The notes below the pieces were generated by a model that searched no databases, was not told the DNA's origin, and saw nothing but the letters and a program-made list of their open reading frames with translations. Below are positions 29,188 through 39,925 of a DNA stretch of 64,000 bases, piece after piece (position 1 is the first letter of the stretch; every line of letters begins with the position of its first letter). Position numbers and translations under genes: made by a program. Source of the DNA: an uncultured Pelagibacteraceae bacterium (lineage in GTDB: Bacteria > Pseudomonadota > Alphaproteobacteria > Pelagibacterales > Pelagibacteraceae); the NCBI GenBank assembly GCA_902566675.1, contig CACFJO010000001.1, forward strand, positions 6,394 through 70,393, given 5' to 3'.

Positions 29188-30897
29188 ATGCCTTATATTT
29201 TCTGTTATAAGAAACATCTTAAGACTATAGGACAAATCTTATTTGTCACCGTTTTTATTTTTTTTTCCACACCTAATGCTGAAAGCTTAGAAAAATACAA
29301 TAAAGCTAAAAATATTGCTGATTATTTTTCTGGAATATTACTTTTAAATCAAAGCAAGTATTCAGATTCTTTTAAATATCTAAAAAAACTTGATGGCCTC
29401 GAAGAAAGCCATTCTAGTTTTGCCTCCAAATATTTGTACTCTTTAGTAAATTCTGGAAATTTTCATCAAGCTTTTAACTTTTCAAAAAAGTTAGAAAAAC
29501 TGCAAAGAGATAGTTTTGAGAGTAACTTGATAATTGGAGTTTATTATTTAAAAAATGCAAAAAATGATCTTGCTAAAAAATACTTCACCAAAGCAAAAAA
29601 AAATAACTTTAGGACTTTGCTTGACAGTTATCTTATCGAGACGTTAATTATATGGTCAAATATAAATGAACTCGATTTAGAAAAAGCTGAGCTTAGCTTA
29701 AATAATCTAGATAACAGATTTGAAAATTTGAAAAAAATTCAGAATGTTTTTTTTAATTGTTTTTTTGAAAACGATAACACTGAGTCTGAATTTTATAAAC
29801 TTGTCTCAAATGATAAAACTGATTTTTCCAGATATAACTATTTCTATGCCAATTATTTAAAAAGTATCAATAAAAAAACTCAAGCAGTTGAAGTAATTAA
29901 TTCGTCTCTAGAAAAATTTCCACGAAATTTATTAATAAATCAATATAAAGATGATTTAGAAACATCAAAGATTAGTTTCAGATTTGATTGTAAAAAAGAG
30001 AAAGATGTAGCTGCAGAATTAATTTACATTGCTGCAAATGCTCTTTCATCTCAATCTGTATACCCCTTATCAAACTTTTATTTAAATCTTTCAAAGTATT
30101 TAAATAAGGATTTTCACGCTTTTGATACTTTGCTTGCAGAAAATTATTATAACATTGATGATCTAAATGAATCCAAGAAAATTTATAAAAAATTAGTAAA
30201 TCACGGGAGATCATTAAAATGGTACTCTGAGAAACAAATATCAAGAATTTTAATTCAAGAAAAAAAAAAAGATGAGTCCCTTGAATTTTTAAAAAAGTCT
30301 TTTAATGAATTACCTTTAAAAGGAATTTACGAAACTTTTGATTATGCAGAATTCTTAAAGAATAATGAACAATTTGAAAACTCAATAAAATTTTATACTG
30401 AAGTATTAAAAAAAATTAATATTAACCATCCTCTTTTCCCCGAGGCGACAGATGGAAGAGGTGTAGCATTTGAACGAATTGGAGAATGGGAAAAAGCAGA
30501 GAAGGATCTGCTTAACTCTTTAAAAGTTAGTCCAAACCAAGCGTATGTCATAAATTACCTTGCATATTCGTGGATCGAACAAGGAGTTAAAATCGAAAAA
30601 TCTTTAAAAATGTTGGAGAAAGCAAATAAATTAAAATCAAATGACCCCTACATAATTGACTCTCTTGGTTGGGCTTTATTTAAATTGAAAAGATACGAAG
30701 AATCAAAAAATTATCTTCAACTTGCCGTGCGATTAATGCCAGCTGACCCTATTGTAAACGATCACTTTGGGGATGTTCTATGGAAAAATGGAAATGAGAT
30801 TCAAGCTAGGTACTATTGGAATTATGTTTTAAATCTAGAAAAAACTGAAGAAGATTTAAAAGTTAATGTTAAAAAGAAATTAATTAAAGGTCTATAA
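29188..30897 (+). CDS. Tetratricopeptide-repeat protein (exported)
   Basis: N-terminal hydrophobic segment; C-terminal TPRs with NYLAYSW, YIIDSLGWA, DH.GD.LW; upstream of ispE. Confidence 0.85.
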   Translation: MPYIFCYKKHLKTIGQILFVTVFIFFSTPNAESLEKYNKAKNIADYFSGILLLNQSKYSDSFKYLKKLDGLEESHSSFASKYLYSLVNSGNFHQAFNFSKKLEKLQRDSFESNLIIGVYYLKNAKNDLAKKYFTKAKKNNFRTLLDSYLIETLIIWSNINELDLEKAELSLNNLDNRFENLKKIQNVFFNCFFENDNTESEFYKLVSNDKTDFSRYNYFYANYLKSINKKTQAVEVINSSLEKFPRNLLINQYKDDLETSKISFRFDCKKEKDVAAELIYIAANALSSQSVYPLSNFYLNLSKYLNKDFHAFDTLLAENYYNIDDLNESKKIYKKLVNHGRSLKWYSEKQISRILIQEKKKDESLEFLKKSFNELPLKGIYETFDYAEFLKNNEQFENSIKFYTEVLKKININHPLFPEATDGRGVAFERIGEWEKAEKDLLNSLKVSPNQAYVINYLAYSWIEQGVKIEKSLKMLEKANKLKSNDPYIIDSLGWALFKLKRYEESKNYLQLAVRLMPADPIVNDHFGDVLWKNGNEIQARYYWNYVLNLEKTEEDLKVNVKKKLIKGL

Positions 30898-30900
30898 ACG

Positions 30901-31740
30901 ATGTTTTTGAAATCTTATGCAAAAATAAACTTAACATTAAAAGTAATAAAAAAACACAAAAACGGATTGCACGATATTCAATCAATTTTCTGCTTGGTTA
31001 ATTGTTTTGATAAAATCTTAATAACTAAAATTGAGAAATTTAAGAAAGATAAAGTTATATTTAAAGGTCCTTACTCAAAGAATGTAAAAAAGACTAATAA
31101 TTCAGTCAGCAAAGCCCTCACTTTGTTAAGAAAATACAAGTATGTAGATAAATATTACAAAATAGAGATTACTAAAAACTTACCAGTTTTTGCTGGGTTA
31201 GGTGGCGGAACAAGCAATGCAGCTACAATATTTAATTTTTTTATAAAAAAAAGAATAGAAAAAAAATTTCTTAACAAGATTACAAGATATATAGGCACAG
31301 ATTTAAGACTTTTCTTTATTAATCAAGGTTACCTAGCTAATCTTAAAACAATCATTAAATTTAAAAAAAAATATAATTTTTATTTTCTAGTAGTTTTCCC
31401 TTTGATTAAGTCTCCTACTAAAAGTGTATTTTCAAAAATAAAAAAGTACTCAAAAAGAAGAATATTTGTTCCTAAAAAGATTAAATCGAAGAGTGAACTT
31501 GTTAATTATTTAATAAATTCAAAAAATGATTTACAATCAATTGTTGAAAAAAGTCATCCTAAAATTCGTCAATTGTTATTAGATATAAGCAAAATAAAAG
31601 GATGCCTTTTTTCTAGAATGACTGGCTCAGGATCATCTTGTTTCGGCTTATTTTTAAATGAAAAAAGTTCAAAAGTCGCACTAAGAAAAATAAGAAAAAA
31701 ATACCCTAAATTTTGGTTTTCAATTGCAAAAACTATTTAA
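30901..31740 (+). CDS. ispE: 4-diphosphocytidyl-2-C-methyl-D-erythritol kinase
   Basis: AKINL.L, K.LPV.AGLGGGTSNAA, NDLQ, RMTGSGSSCFG. Confidence 0.93.
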   Translation: MFLKSYAKINLTLKVIKKHKNGLHDIQSIFCLVNCFDKILITKIEKFKKDKVIFKGPYSKNVKKTNNSVSKALTLLRKYKYVDKYYKIEITKNLPVFAGLGGGTSNAATIFNFFIKKRIEKKFLNKITRYIGTDLRLFFINQGYLANLKTIIKFKKKYNFYFLVVFPLIKSPTKSVFSKIKKYSKRRIFVPKKIKSKSELVNYLINSKNDLQSIVEKSHPKIRQLLLDISKIKGCLFSRMTGSGSSCFGLFLNEKSSKVALRKIRKKYPKFWFSIAKTI

Positions 31741-31775
31741 ATTTATTTATTTATGATATATCAGTCAATTGAAGT

Positions 31776-31849
31776 TGGGGCATAGCCAAGCGGTAAGGCA
31801 GCGGTTTTTGATACCGCCATCCTAGGTTCGAATCCTAGTGCCCCAGCCA
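31776..31849 (+). tRNA. tRNA-Gln (anticodon TTG)
   Basis: Acceptor TGGGGCA/TGCCCCA plus G-CCA; D arm AGCCAAGCGGTAAGGC; anticodon stem GCGGT-TTTTGAT-ACCGC; T arm CTAGG-TTCGAAT-CCTAG. Confidence 0.97.
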
Positions 31850-31856
31850 ATTATTT

Positions 31857-33119
31857 ATGCTTAATTTTAGTTTTAATTTTTTACAAAACATTAAAAGCAT
31901 AATTTTTCCTTTTTATAAAAATAGTGATTTAAAATATATTTTTAAAATTTTGCAAGAGGGTGCACCAAAAGATAAAGTGGTCGCTAGATTTGTAGGGGGG
32001 TGTGTTAGAAAATTTCTTTTAAAAGAGAAGATTGACGATATAGATATTGCAACAATTTTAACAACTGATCAAATAAAAGAAAAATTCAAAGATACAAATC
32101 TCAAAGTGATTGATACAGGGGTAAAACACGGAACAGTAACAATAAAATCTAATAGAAATAAAGTTGAAATAACAACCCTTAGAAAAGATATCAAAACAGA
32201 TGGAAGGCATGCTGAAGTAGAGTACACGGATGATTGGAAACAAGACTCTGAGAGAAGAGATTTTACCATTAATGCCATCTATCTTGATATCAATGGGAAA
32301 ATTTTTGATCCACAGATGGGCAGCGTTGATCTCAAAAACAATAATGTCAAGTTTATTGGTGATCCACAAAAAAGAATAGAGGAAGATTATTTGCGAATTA
32401 TAAGATTTATAAGATTTAAAATTATGTATGACATGAAAGTAGAGTCAGGGACAAGTGCAGCGATCAAACAAAATTTGGATGGAATTAAAAAAATTTCTAA
32501 AGATAGAATATTAATTGAATTACTAAAAATTTTAGATCTTAAAAATTTTTTAAAAATAAATCAAAGTAATAATTTGAGAGAAATATTTTCAATGGTATTT
32601 CCTGAATTATTATACTTAAAAAGACTGGAACGTTTAAAAGAAGTATACAAAAATTCAAAATTGAATAGGGAAATTTTACTCGGAACATTGTTAATTGATG
32701 AAAAAGATAATCATGAATATTTTTTACATAAGTACAATACTTCTAATAAAATTAAGGTTAATCTTGAAAAATTTAACAAAAATTTGATTAAACTTAAAAA
32801 CAATAAGGATTTTTTTGCTAAAGATTTAATTAAAAATATTTATCTTTATGGAAAAAATCATCTAATTGCTTTAAATTTCATTAACTTTTCCATAAATTCT
32901 AAAGTTAAAAATAGAGATTTTTCAATAACCTTAGAAAATATTTTAAAAATTAAAGTTCCTTTATTTCCAATTGATGGTGAATATTTAAAGCAAAAAGGTA
33001 TGCGAGAAGGACAATCATTAGGAAATGTTTTGAATATTTTAGAAAAAGAGTGGGTAAAAAATAATTTCAATATTTCAAATGAGAGAATTGAAGAAGTAAT
33101 AAAAATTAATTCAAACTAG
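31857..33119 (+). CDS. cca: CCA tRNA nucleotidyltransferase (class II)
   Basis: RFVGGCVR, DIDIAT, EITTLRKD..TDGRHA, RRDFTINA, EDYLRIIRF. Confidence 0.9.
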   Translation: MLNFSFNFLQNIKSIIFPFYKNSDLKYIFKILQEGAPKDKVVARFVGGCVRKFLLKEKIDDIDIATILTTDQIKEKFKDTNLKVIDTGVKHGTVTIKSNRNKVEITTLRKDIKTDGRHAEVEYTDDWKQDSERRDFTINAIYLDINGKIFDPQMGSVDLKNNNVKFIGDPQKRIEEDYLRIIRFIRFKIMYDMKVESGTSAAIKQNLDGIKKISKDRILIELLKILDLKNFLKINQSNNLREIFSMVFPELLYLKRLERLKEVYKNSKLNREILLGTLLIDEKDNHEYFLHKYNTSNKIKVNLEKFNKNLIKLKNNKDFFAKDLIKNIYLYGKNHLIALNFINFSINSKVKNRDFSITLENILKIKVPLFPIDGEYLKQKGMREGQSLGNVLNILEKEWVKNNFNISNERIEEVIKINSN

Positions 33120-33592
33120 ATATATTCAACTTCCAAAATCTCAAAATTTCTCTCTCCAGAAGGAGTGGTCACACTTACCATCTCACCTTTATTTTTACCT
33201 ATCAAAGCTTTTCCTATTGGACTTTTGAAAAAGATTAAATTCTTTTTTATATCTGCTTCGTCTTGACCGACTAGTCTGTAAGAAATTTTTTTTTCTGTTT
33301 CGAGGTCTTGAACGTTCACTGTTGATCCAAAAATTACTTTTCCATCATTTTCTATTTTAGTTACATCAATCACATTTGCTCTGGCAATCAAATCATTAAT
33401 AGCTATTACTCGACTTTCTATTAACGCTTGTTGTTCCTTCGCAGCATGGTATTCTGCGTTTTCTTTTAAATCTCCATGCGATCTTGCCTCTGCGATTGCT
33501 TCAACTATTTTTGGCCTTTGAATATTTTTTAAATCCTCTAACTCAGTTTTTAAATTTTCAAGACCACTTACTGTTATTGGTTCTTTTTCCAT
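33116..33592 (-). CDS. greA: Transcription elongation factor GreA (likely ATG at 33592)
   Basis: ARSHGDLKENAEYHAAKE, SPIGKALIGK. Confidence 0.96.
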   Translation of the reverse strand: MEKEPITVSGLENLKTELEDLKNIQRPKIVEAIAEARSHGDLKENAEYHAAKEQQALIESRVIAINDLIARANVIDVTKIENDGKVIFGSTVNVQDLETEKKISYRLVGQDEADIKKNLIFFKSPIGKALIGKNKGEMVSVTTPSGERNFEILEVEYI

Positions 33593-33594
33593 AA

Positions 33595-34419
33595 TTATTT
33601 CCACTTGGCTTCGGGAGGTAGTGACATTAATATTGAGTCGATATTTCCACCAGAGTTTAGTCCAAACTTTGTACCTCTATCATATAAAAGATTAAACTCA
33701 ACATATCTCCCACGCTTTAACAATTGTTTTTCTTTATCTTTCGAAGACCATTTTAATTTTTCTTTTCTCTTAATAATTTTTTTTGAAATTTCAATAAAAG
33801 AGATGCCAAGTTCTCTCACAAATTTAAAATTTTTAATCCAATCATTAGTTTCATAATCGAAGAAAATTCCACCTATCCCTCTTGCTTCTTTTCTATGTGG
33901 TAAATAAAAATACCTATCACACAATTTTTTATATTTTTTATAATTCTTTTTATTTTGAACACATACTTTTTTTAAATCATTATGTAATATTTTTTTTTCT
34001 TTAGTGTCTTTGAAACATGGTGTTACGTCGATACCTCCACCAAACCATTCTTTTGATGTAACTATGAACCTAGTATTAAAATGTATTGCTGGTATTTTTG
34101 GATTTTTCATATGAGCAACTACAGAAATACCTGATGCCCAGTACTTTCCATTTTTTTCTGCTCCAAGTATCTTTGATCTAAATTGCTTAGGAAAAATACC
34201 AGAAACAGTAGATTTATTCACTCCGACCTTATCAAATATTTTTCCCCCGGATAATAGGTATGAAGTTCCACCACCCTCTTTTTTTCTCTTTTTATTCCAA
34301 TCTCGTTTAGTAAATTTAACTTTATTTTTTTCGAGTTGAGAAAATTCTTTACAAATTTGAATTTGTAAATATGAAAACCAACTATCAGCCATTCTCTTTC
34401 TAAAATCAGGTGTAATCAT
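33595..34419 (-). CDS. hemF: Oxygen-dependent coproporphyrinogen III oxidase
   Basis: GGG.S, KVGVN.S.V, HFNTRF, WFGGG.D.TP, RGIGGIFFD, RGRYVEFNLLYDRGTKFG. Confidence 0.95.
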   Translation of the reverse strand: MITPDFRKRMADSWFSYLQIQICKEFSQLEKNKVKFTKRDWNKKRKKEGGGTSYLLSGGKIFDKVGVNKSTVSGIFPKQFRSKILGAEKNGKYWASGISVVAHMKNPKIPAIHFNTRFIVTSKEWFGGGIDVTPCFKDTKEKKILHNDLKKVCVQNKKNYKKYKKLCDRYFYLPHRKEARGIGGIFFDYETNDWIKNFKFVRELGISFIEISKKIIKRKEKLKWSSKDKEKQLLKRGRYVEFNLLYDRGTKFGLNSGGNIDSILMSLPPEAKWK

Positions 34420-34865
34420 TTTAATAAATTATTTTGTCTTAAAGCCTCAGCAGCAACTATTGCTACGCTAATTGCTATATTTAGGGACCGTGTTTTTTTA
34501 TTAATAGGAATTTTAAGTTTATTTTTTAATTTTTGATGTAATTTTTTTGGGACACCTGCACTCTCTCTTCCAAACAAAAGCATGTCATTTTTTTTAAATT
34601 TAAAATTATGATATAATTTTTTTGCCTTAGTTGTCATTAAAACTATTCTAAATTTTTTGTATCTTTTTAAAAATGTTTCAAAGTCATTATGTCGTATAAT
34701 ATTACTAAAACCTAAATAATCCATTACGACTCTTTTAAATCTACTATCATTCAAGTTAAATCCACAAGGCTCTATTAAGTGAATTTTTAAATTTAGGCAC
34801 GCACTTAACCTGATTATTGCTGCAGTATTTTGTGGGATATCAGGTTTATAGAGTACTATGTGCAT
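34416..34865 (-). CDS. trmL: tRNA (cytidine34-2'-O)-methyltransferase
   Basis: PDIPQNT, LIEPCGF, LFGRESAGVP, RSLN. Confidence 0.92.
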   Translation of the reverse strand: MHIVLYKPDIPQNTAAIIRLSACLNLKIHLIEPCGFNLNDSRFKRVVMDYLGFSNIIRHNDFETFLKRYKKFRIVLMTTKAKKLYHNFKFKKNDMLLFGRESAGVPKKLHQKLKNKLKIPINKKTRSLNIAISVAIVAAEALRQNNLLK

Positions 34866-34954
34866 TATTTAAGCTTAATTTATGTGTCATTCTGACCCTA
34901 GAAATTTTTATAATATGGTTTTATTTAATAATTACATTATAAGCACTTACATAA

Positions 34955-35476
34955 ATGAGCAAAGAAGAAAAAAAAGTTAATAGAAGAGATTTTCTATTTA
35001 CGGCTAGCTATACAGTCGGAGCAGTAGGGGTTGGAGCAGTTATTTGGCCAATGATTGACCAGATGAATCCTGATAAAGCCCAACAAGCTTTAGCAACTAC
35101 AGAAGTTGATATTAGTAGTATAGAACCTGGTAAATCTATTACTGTTTTGTGGAGAGGAAAACCAGTATTCTTAAAAAGAAGGACTTCAGAAGAAATTGCT
35201 GAGGCCAGAGCAGTAAAGTTGGACGATTTGCCTGATCCTCAAAAAGATGAAGATAGAGTAAAAGAGGGCAAAGACGAATGGTTAGTCATGTTAGGCGTTT
35301 GTACGCATCTCGGATGTGTACCTCTAAAAGATAAAGGCGATTTTAATGGTTGGTTTTGTCCTTGTCATGGTTCACATTACGATGTATCAGGCAGAATAAG
35401 AAAAGGACCAGCGCCAACAAACATGGAGATACCGAAGTTCGAATTTGTTGACAGTAATACAATAAAGATTGGTTAA
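34955..35476 (+). CDS. petA: Ubiquinol-cytochrome c reductase Rieske Fe-S subunit
   Basis: Tat motif RRDFL, CTHLGC, CPCHGS. Confidence 0.97.
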   Translation: MSKEEKKVNRRDFLFTASYTVGAVGVGAVIWPMIDQMNPDKAQQALATTEVDISSIEPGKSITVLWRGKPVFLKRRTSEEIAEARAVKLDDLPDPQKDEDRVKEGKDEWLVMLGVCTHLGCVPLKDKGDFNGWFCPCHGSHYDVSGRIRKGPAPTNMEIPKFEFVDSNTIKIG

Positions 35477-35482
35477 GAAATT

Positions 35483-36742
35483 ATGAGTGAACACGAATAC
35501 GTACCAAAATCTAAAGCAGCTAAATGGTTTAATGACCGTTTGCCATTACTTACTCTTGGAGCACACCTTACCGATTATCCTACTCCAAAAAATTTAAATT
35601 ATTGGTGGACCTTTGGTGGAATTTTAACTTTTTGTTTAATCACTCAAATCGTTACAGGAATTGTTTTAGCTATGCATTACGTCGCTCATGCAGATTTAGC
35701 TTTTGCGAGTGTAGAACATATAATGAGAGATGTAAATTATGGTTGGCTCATAAGATATATTCATAGCAATGGCGCATCTATGTTTTTCCTAGCAGTTTAT
35801 ATTCACATTTTTAGGTCTTTATTTTATGGATCATATAAATCACCAAGAGAAGTAATTTGGATAATTGGTCTGATGATTTATTTATTGATGATGGCAGCAG
35901 CTTTCATGGGTTATGTTTTGCCTTGGGGTCAAATGAGTTTCTGGGGCGCTACAGTAATAACTAATTTATTTAGTGCGATCCCTTTAGTTGGAGATAGTAT
36001 AACAACTTGGTTATGGGGAGCATATTCTGTAGATAATCCAACACTAAACAGATTCTTTAGTTTACATTATTTAATCCCGTTTTTAATTTTAGGATTAGTA
36101 GTTTTACACATTTGGGCTTTACATGTTCCAGGAAATAATAACCCTGTAGGTATTGATATAAAGAAACCATCTAAAGATACAGTTCCGTTTCATCCTTATA
36201 TTACAATTAAAGATGCTTTCGCGCTTTTAGTTTTTATGATCATATTTGCTGGATTTGTATTCTTCACTCCTAATGTTTTGGGACACTCAGATAATTATAT
36301 ACCCGCCAATCCGTTAGTTACACCTGCTCACATAGTACCTGAATGGTATTTGTTACCATTTTACGCAATTTTAAGATCTGTCCCTGATAAATTAGGTGGA
36401 GTGATTTTAATGTTCAGTGCAATTTTTATTTTATTTGTACTACCTTGGTTAGACACATCAAAAGTTAGATCAGCTGTTTTTAGACCGATTTACAGACAGT
36501 TCTTTTGGATATTAGTAATAGACGTTCTAATGCTTGGTTATGTTGGCGCGATGCCAGCTGAGGGAATTTACTTAGTATTAGCTAGAGTGGGAACTATTTA
36601 TTATTTCTTACATTTTATAGTTGTTATGCCTGTTGTCGGTTATTTGGAAAAAACGGATCCGATTCCCATGAGCATCTCCGAGCCAGTATTAACCGGAGGA
36701 GCAGAACCATCTTTAGCTAGGAAGGTTAATGATAAAGTCTAA
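35483..36742 (+). CDS. petB: Cytochrome b
   Basis: [28 protein letters not shown]. Confidence 0.98.
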   Translation: MSEHEYVPKSKAAKWFNDRLPLLTLGAHLTDYPTPKNLNYWWTFGGILTFCLITQIVTGIVLAMHYVAHADLAFASVEHIMRDVNYGWLIRYIHSNGASMFFLAVYIHIFRSLFYGSYKSPREVIWIIGLMIYLLMMAAAFMGYVLPWGQMSFWGATVITNLFSAIPLVGDSITTWLWGAYSVDNPTLNRFFSLHYLIPFLILGLVVLHIWALHVPGNNNPVGIDIKKPSKDTVPFHPYITIKDAFALLVFMIIFAGFVFFTPNVLGHSDNYIPANPLVTPAHIVPEWYLLPFYAILRSVPDKLGGVILMFSAIFILFVLPWLDTSKVRSAVFRPIYRQFFWILVIDVLMLGYVGAMPAEGIYLVLARVGTIYYFLHFIVVMPVVGYLEKTDPIPMSISEPVLTGGAEPSLARKVNDKV

Positions 36743-37511
36743 TATAAAACTACTCGTTTTATCTTTTTTGCTTATTATCTCACTTAGACCACTACAAAGC
36801 GCTGAAATGGTTGATCCAATTAAAGTGGATTGGAGTTTTAAAGGTTTAACAGGAACCTTTGATAGAGCGTCACTACAAAGAGGTTTTCAAGTTTATAAAG
36901 AAGTCTGTGCTTCTTGTCATTCGATGCAATATCTTAGCTATAGAAATCTAGGAGAACCTGGTGGACCTGAGTTTTCAGAACAAGAAGTAAAAGCGATTGC
37001 AGCTAGTTTCGAAATAGAGGATGGTCCAGACTCTCAAGGAGAAATGTTTACTCGTCCAGGAAAACCTTCAGATAAATTTAAGAGCCCATACCCTAATGTT
37101 CAGGCAGCAACAGCTGCAAATGGTGGAGCATACCCCCCTGATATGTCAGTTTTAGTCAAAGCAAGAAAAGGAGGAGCTAATTACATTTATTCAGTTCTTG
37201 TTGGCTACGAAGACCCTCCTCCAGGTGTAACGCTTGATGACGGTGTTTATTATAATAAATATATGGCCGGTAATAAAATTAAAATGCCAAATAATTTAAT
37301 GGATGGATTAGTTGAATATGCAGATGGCACGGAGTCCACTGTTGATCAAATGGCCAAAGATGTAACAACTTTTTTGGCTTGGGCTGCTGAGCCAGAACTT
37401 GAAGAGAGACATAAAACTGGTGTTAAAGTAATTATTTATTTAGTACTTTTAACAATTCTTGTTTATTTAAGCATGAAAAAAATATGGTCAAGGATTGACT
37501 CTGAAGTATAA
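36729..37511 (+). CDS. petC: Cytochrome c1
   Basis: [23 protein letters not shown] axial Met, C-terminal TM. Confidence 0.97.
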   Translation: MIKSNIKLLVLSFLLIISLRPLQSAEMVDPIKVDWSFKGLTGTFDRASLQRGFQVYKEVCASCHSMQYLSYRNLGEPGGPEFSEQEVKAIAASFEIEDGPDSQGEMFTRPGKPSDKFKSPYPNVQAATAANGGAYPPDMSVLVKARKGGANYIYSVLVGYEDPPPGVTLDDGVYYNKYMAGNKIKMPNNLMDGLVEYADGTESTVDQMAKDVTTFLAWAAEPELEERHKTGVKVIIYLVLLTILVYLSMKKIWSRIDSEV

Positions 37512-38558
37512 AACATCACCATCTTTTACAATATAATCTTTTCCTTCAATTCTTAACTTTCCATTTTCTTTACATTTTTCTGCACTACCATATTTTATAA
37601 AATCTTCACAAGATACAGCCTCCGCCCTGATAAAGTTTTTTTCAAAATCGGTATGAATGACACTTGCTGCTTTTGGGGCAATAGTATTTTTTCTTACTGT
37701 CCAAGCTCTACTTTCCTGAGGACCTGAAGTAAAAAAAGTATCTAATTTTAAAAGATCATATCCCTCTTTAATTAATTTATTTAATCCAGTTTTATTTAAA
37801 CCGATATCTTGCATAAAAACCTCTTTTTCATTCTTATCTAAACTCGAAAGCTGGTCTTCTATATCAGCGCAGATTTTTATTATTTTTTCATTAGGATATT
37901 TGTTTTGCACTTCCTCAGTATATTGATTTCCTTTAGACAAATTCTCTTCATCTACATTACATACAATTATTTTAGGTTTAATACTTAATAGACCTATACT
38001 TGATAAAAATTTATTTTCTTCTTCATTATTAATCTTGACCTCTTGATTTTTATCAAGCTGATTTAATTTTTCCTCTAAAATCTTTATTTCTTTATCCTCA
38101 AGAAGTTTTTTTTTACCCTTTTCAAGTTTTTTTTGAACAATGTCAAGGTCAGACAAAACTATTTCCGTCTTAATAGTTTCTAAATCATTTGAGGGGCTTA
38201 TTTTTGAATTTACGTGGGTAATTTTTTCTGAGTCGAAGCACCTCACTAAATGTATTATCGCATCTACTTCTCTAATATGTGAAAGAAATTTATTGCCAAG
38301 ACCCTCACCTTTTGATGCACCCTTAACTAAGCCAGCTATGTCAACAAAGGTTATATTTGTATAAACCTTTTTTTTTGAATTAGAAAGCTTAGCTAATTGA
38401 TCTAATCTTTCATCAATTACATCAACAATACCGATATTGGGATCAATTGTGCAGAAAGGAAAATTTGCTGCCTCAGCATTTTTAGAGGCAGTTAAGGCGT
38501 TAAATAAAGTTGATTTCCCTACATTCGGCAATCCAACTATTCCACACTTAAATCCCAT
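37488..38558 (-). CDS. ychF: Redox-regulated ATPase YchF
   Basis: GIVGLPNVGKSTLFN, NFPFCTIDPN, DIAGLVKGASKGEGLGN, TGS domain. Confidence 0.96.
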   Translation of the reverse strand: MGFKCGIVGLPNVGKSTLFNALTASKNAEAANFPFCTIDPNIGIVDVIDERLDQLAKLSNSKKKVYTNITFVDIAGLVKGASKGEGLGNKFLSHIREVDAIIHLVRCFDSEKITHVNSKISPSNDLETIKTEIVLSDLDIVQKKLEKGKKKLLEDKEIKILEEKLNQLDKNQEVKINNEEENKFLSSIGLLSIKPKIIVCNVDEENLSKGNQYTEEVQNKYPNEKIIKICADIEDQLSSLDKNEKEVFMQDIGLNKTGLNKLIKEGYDLLKLDTFFTSGPQESRAWTVRKNTIAPKAASVIHTDFEKNFIRAEAVSCEDFIKYGSAEKCKENGKLRIEGKDYIVKDGDVLYFRVNP

Positions 38559-39120
38559 TTAGATTTTGATTAACTTTACTAGAAAATAAGTCTATTTTTT
38601 TATCAATTAAAGTAGGAATCTGTTTTACGATATTTTCTGTAATTTCTTTAATTTTTTCCTCTTCATCATCTTTAAAGTCCTCTAATACGTGATTATTTAC
38701 TTTCTTTTTTTGTTTTGGATGACCAATTCCTATCCTTACTCTAGAATAATCTTTACCAATAAATTTATCAATCGACTCAATTCCATTATGACCCGCACTA
38801 CTTCCACCAAACTTAGCTTTTATCTTTCCGAAATCAATATCCATATCATCATGAAAAACAATTACATCTTTTGCGTCAATTTTGAAGTAGTCTATAAGTT
38901 CTTTTATTGCTGTACCAGAATTATTCATAAACGTCAGAGGTTTAATTGCGTAAATTTTTTTCTCATCAATATTTCCCGTGGTTAACAATCCTTTAAATTT
39001 AGGTTTTTGTTTTGAAAGTTTAAAGTGAGAATTTATTGCATCAATAATTTTAAAACCGATGTTATGTCTCGTATTAGTATAATTTGAACCTGGATTCCCT
39101 AATCCTACTAGTAAAAGCAT
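38548..39120 (-). CDS. pth: Peptidyl-tRNA hydrolase
   Basis: GLGNPG..Y..TRHNIG, KPLTFMNNSG, HDDMD, GHNG, RVRIGIG. Confidence 0.96.
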   Translation of the reverse strand: MLLLVGLGNPGSNYTNTRHNIGFKIIDAINSHFKLSKQKPKFKGLLTTGNIDEKKIYAIKPLTFMNNSGTAIKELIDYFKIDAKDVIVFHDDMDIDFGKIKAKFGGSSAGHNGIESIDKFIGKDYSRVRIGIGHPKQKKKVNNHVLEDFKDDEEEKIKEITENIVKQIPTLIDKKIDLFSSKVNQNLNGI

Positions 39121-39123
39121 ATT

Positions 39124-39876
39124 TTATTTTTTGTCTGTAGGTTTTTTCTCTGCAGGTTTTTTATCTTCGGGTTTTTTATCACCTGCACCATCTTTAGATT
39201 TTTCATCTTTTTTAGCTCCCTCTCCATCTTTAGGAGCAGCTTCAGCACCCTCAGCAGGAGCCTCACCTTCTACACCTTCTTGAGTTGATCCCTCAGCTGG
39301 TTTTTCAGGTTCTTTAATAACTGTTGGGGCTGCAACTGTTGCTACAACGAAATCACGATCAGTAATAGTAGGTATGACATTGTCAGGAAGTTTAACCGAG
39401 GATATTTTAATGCTTGTCCCTATGTCGGTGCCAGCAAGATCAACTACTATTTCATCTGGTATGTTTTCAGCTGGACACTTTAATTCCACTTTTCTTCTTA
39501 CAATATTTAAAACTCCTCCCCTTTTTAAGCCCGGTGAGTCAGGGTGGTTTATGAATTTCACTGGAATTTCAAGGACAATTTTTTTACCTGATACAATTCT
39601 CATAAAATCTATGTGAATTGGTTGTTCAGAAACTACATGGTAAGAGACATCTCGAGGAATAACTTTTTCCTTTTTTCCATCAACTTCTATTTCTAATACT
39701 TTTGACATAAATGTATCAGAATTAATTATTGTTGAGATATCTTTCAAGCTTACAGAAATATTTTGATTAGGGTTATTACCTCCATACAAAATTGCAGGAA
39801 CTAGACCTTTAGCTCTCAATTTATTATTTGAGCCTGAAGATAAATTTTCTCTTTTTAAAGCTTTAAGGTTACTCAT
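39124..39876 (-). CDS. rplY: 50S ribosomal protein L25/general stress protein Ctc
   Basis: LR..G.VPAILYG, HIDF, PGLKRGGVL, long low-complexity C-terminal tail. Confidence 0.94.
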   Translation of the reverse strand: MSNLKALKRENLSSGSNNKLRAKGLVPAILYGGNNPNQNISVSLKDISTIINSDTFMSKVLEIEVDGKKEKVIPRDVSYHVVSEQPIHIDFMRIVSGKKIVLEIPVKFINHPDSPGLKRGGVLNIVRRKVELKCPAENIPDEIVVDLAGTDIGTSIKISSVKLPDNVIPTITDRDFVVATVAAPTVIKEPEKPAEGSTQEGVEGEAPAEGAEAAPKDGEGAKKDEKSKDGAGDKKPEDKKPAEKKPTDKK

Positions 39877-39893
39877 AAATTTATTGAAAGGGG

Positions 39894-39922
39894 TGTATAA
39901 CTCATGATCTTCACTAAAACAA
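39894..39922 (-). promoter_or_regulatory. Putative internal sigma70 promoter for rplY-pth-ychF
   Basis: Minus strand TTGTTT-N17-TATACA in the 49-bp prs/rplY gap. Confidence 0.4.
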
Positions 39923-39925
39923 GGG

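Noticed and set aside
31776-31860. tRNA-Gln as an integration site for an island or prophage
   Set aside because: It is followed after 7 nt by the core gene cca; no integrase, no duplicated tRNA 3' end and no compositional shift were seen.
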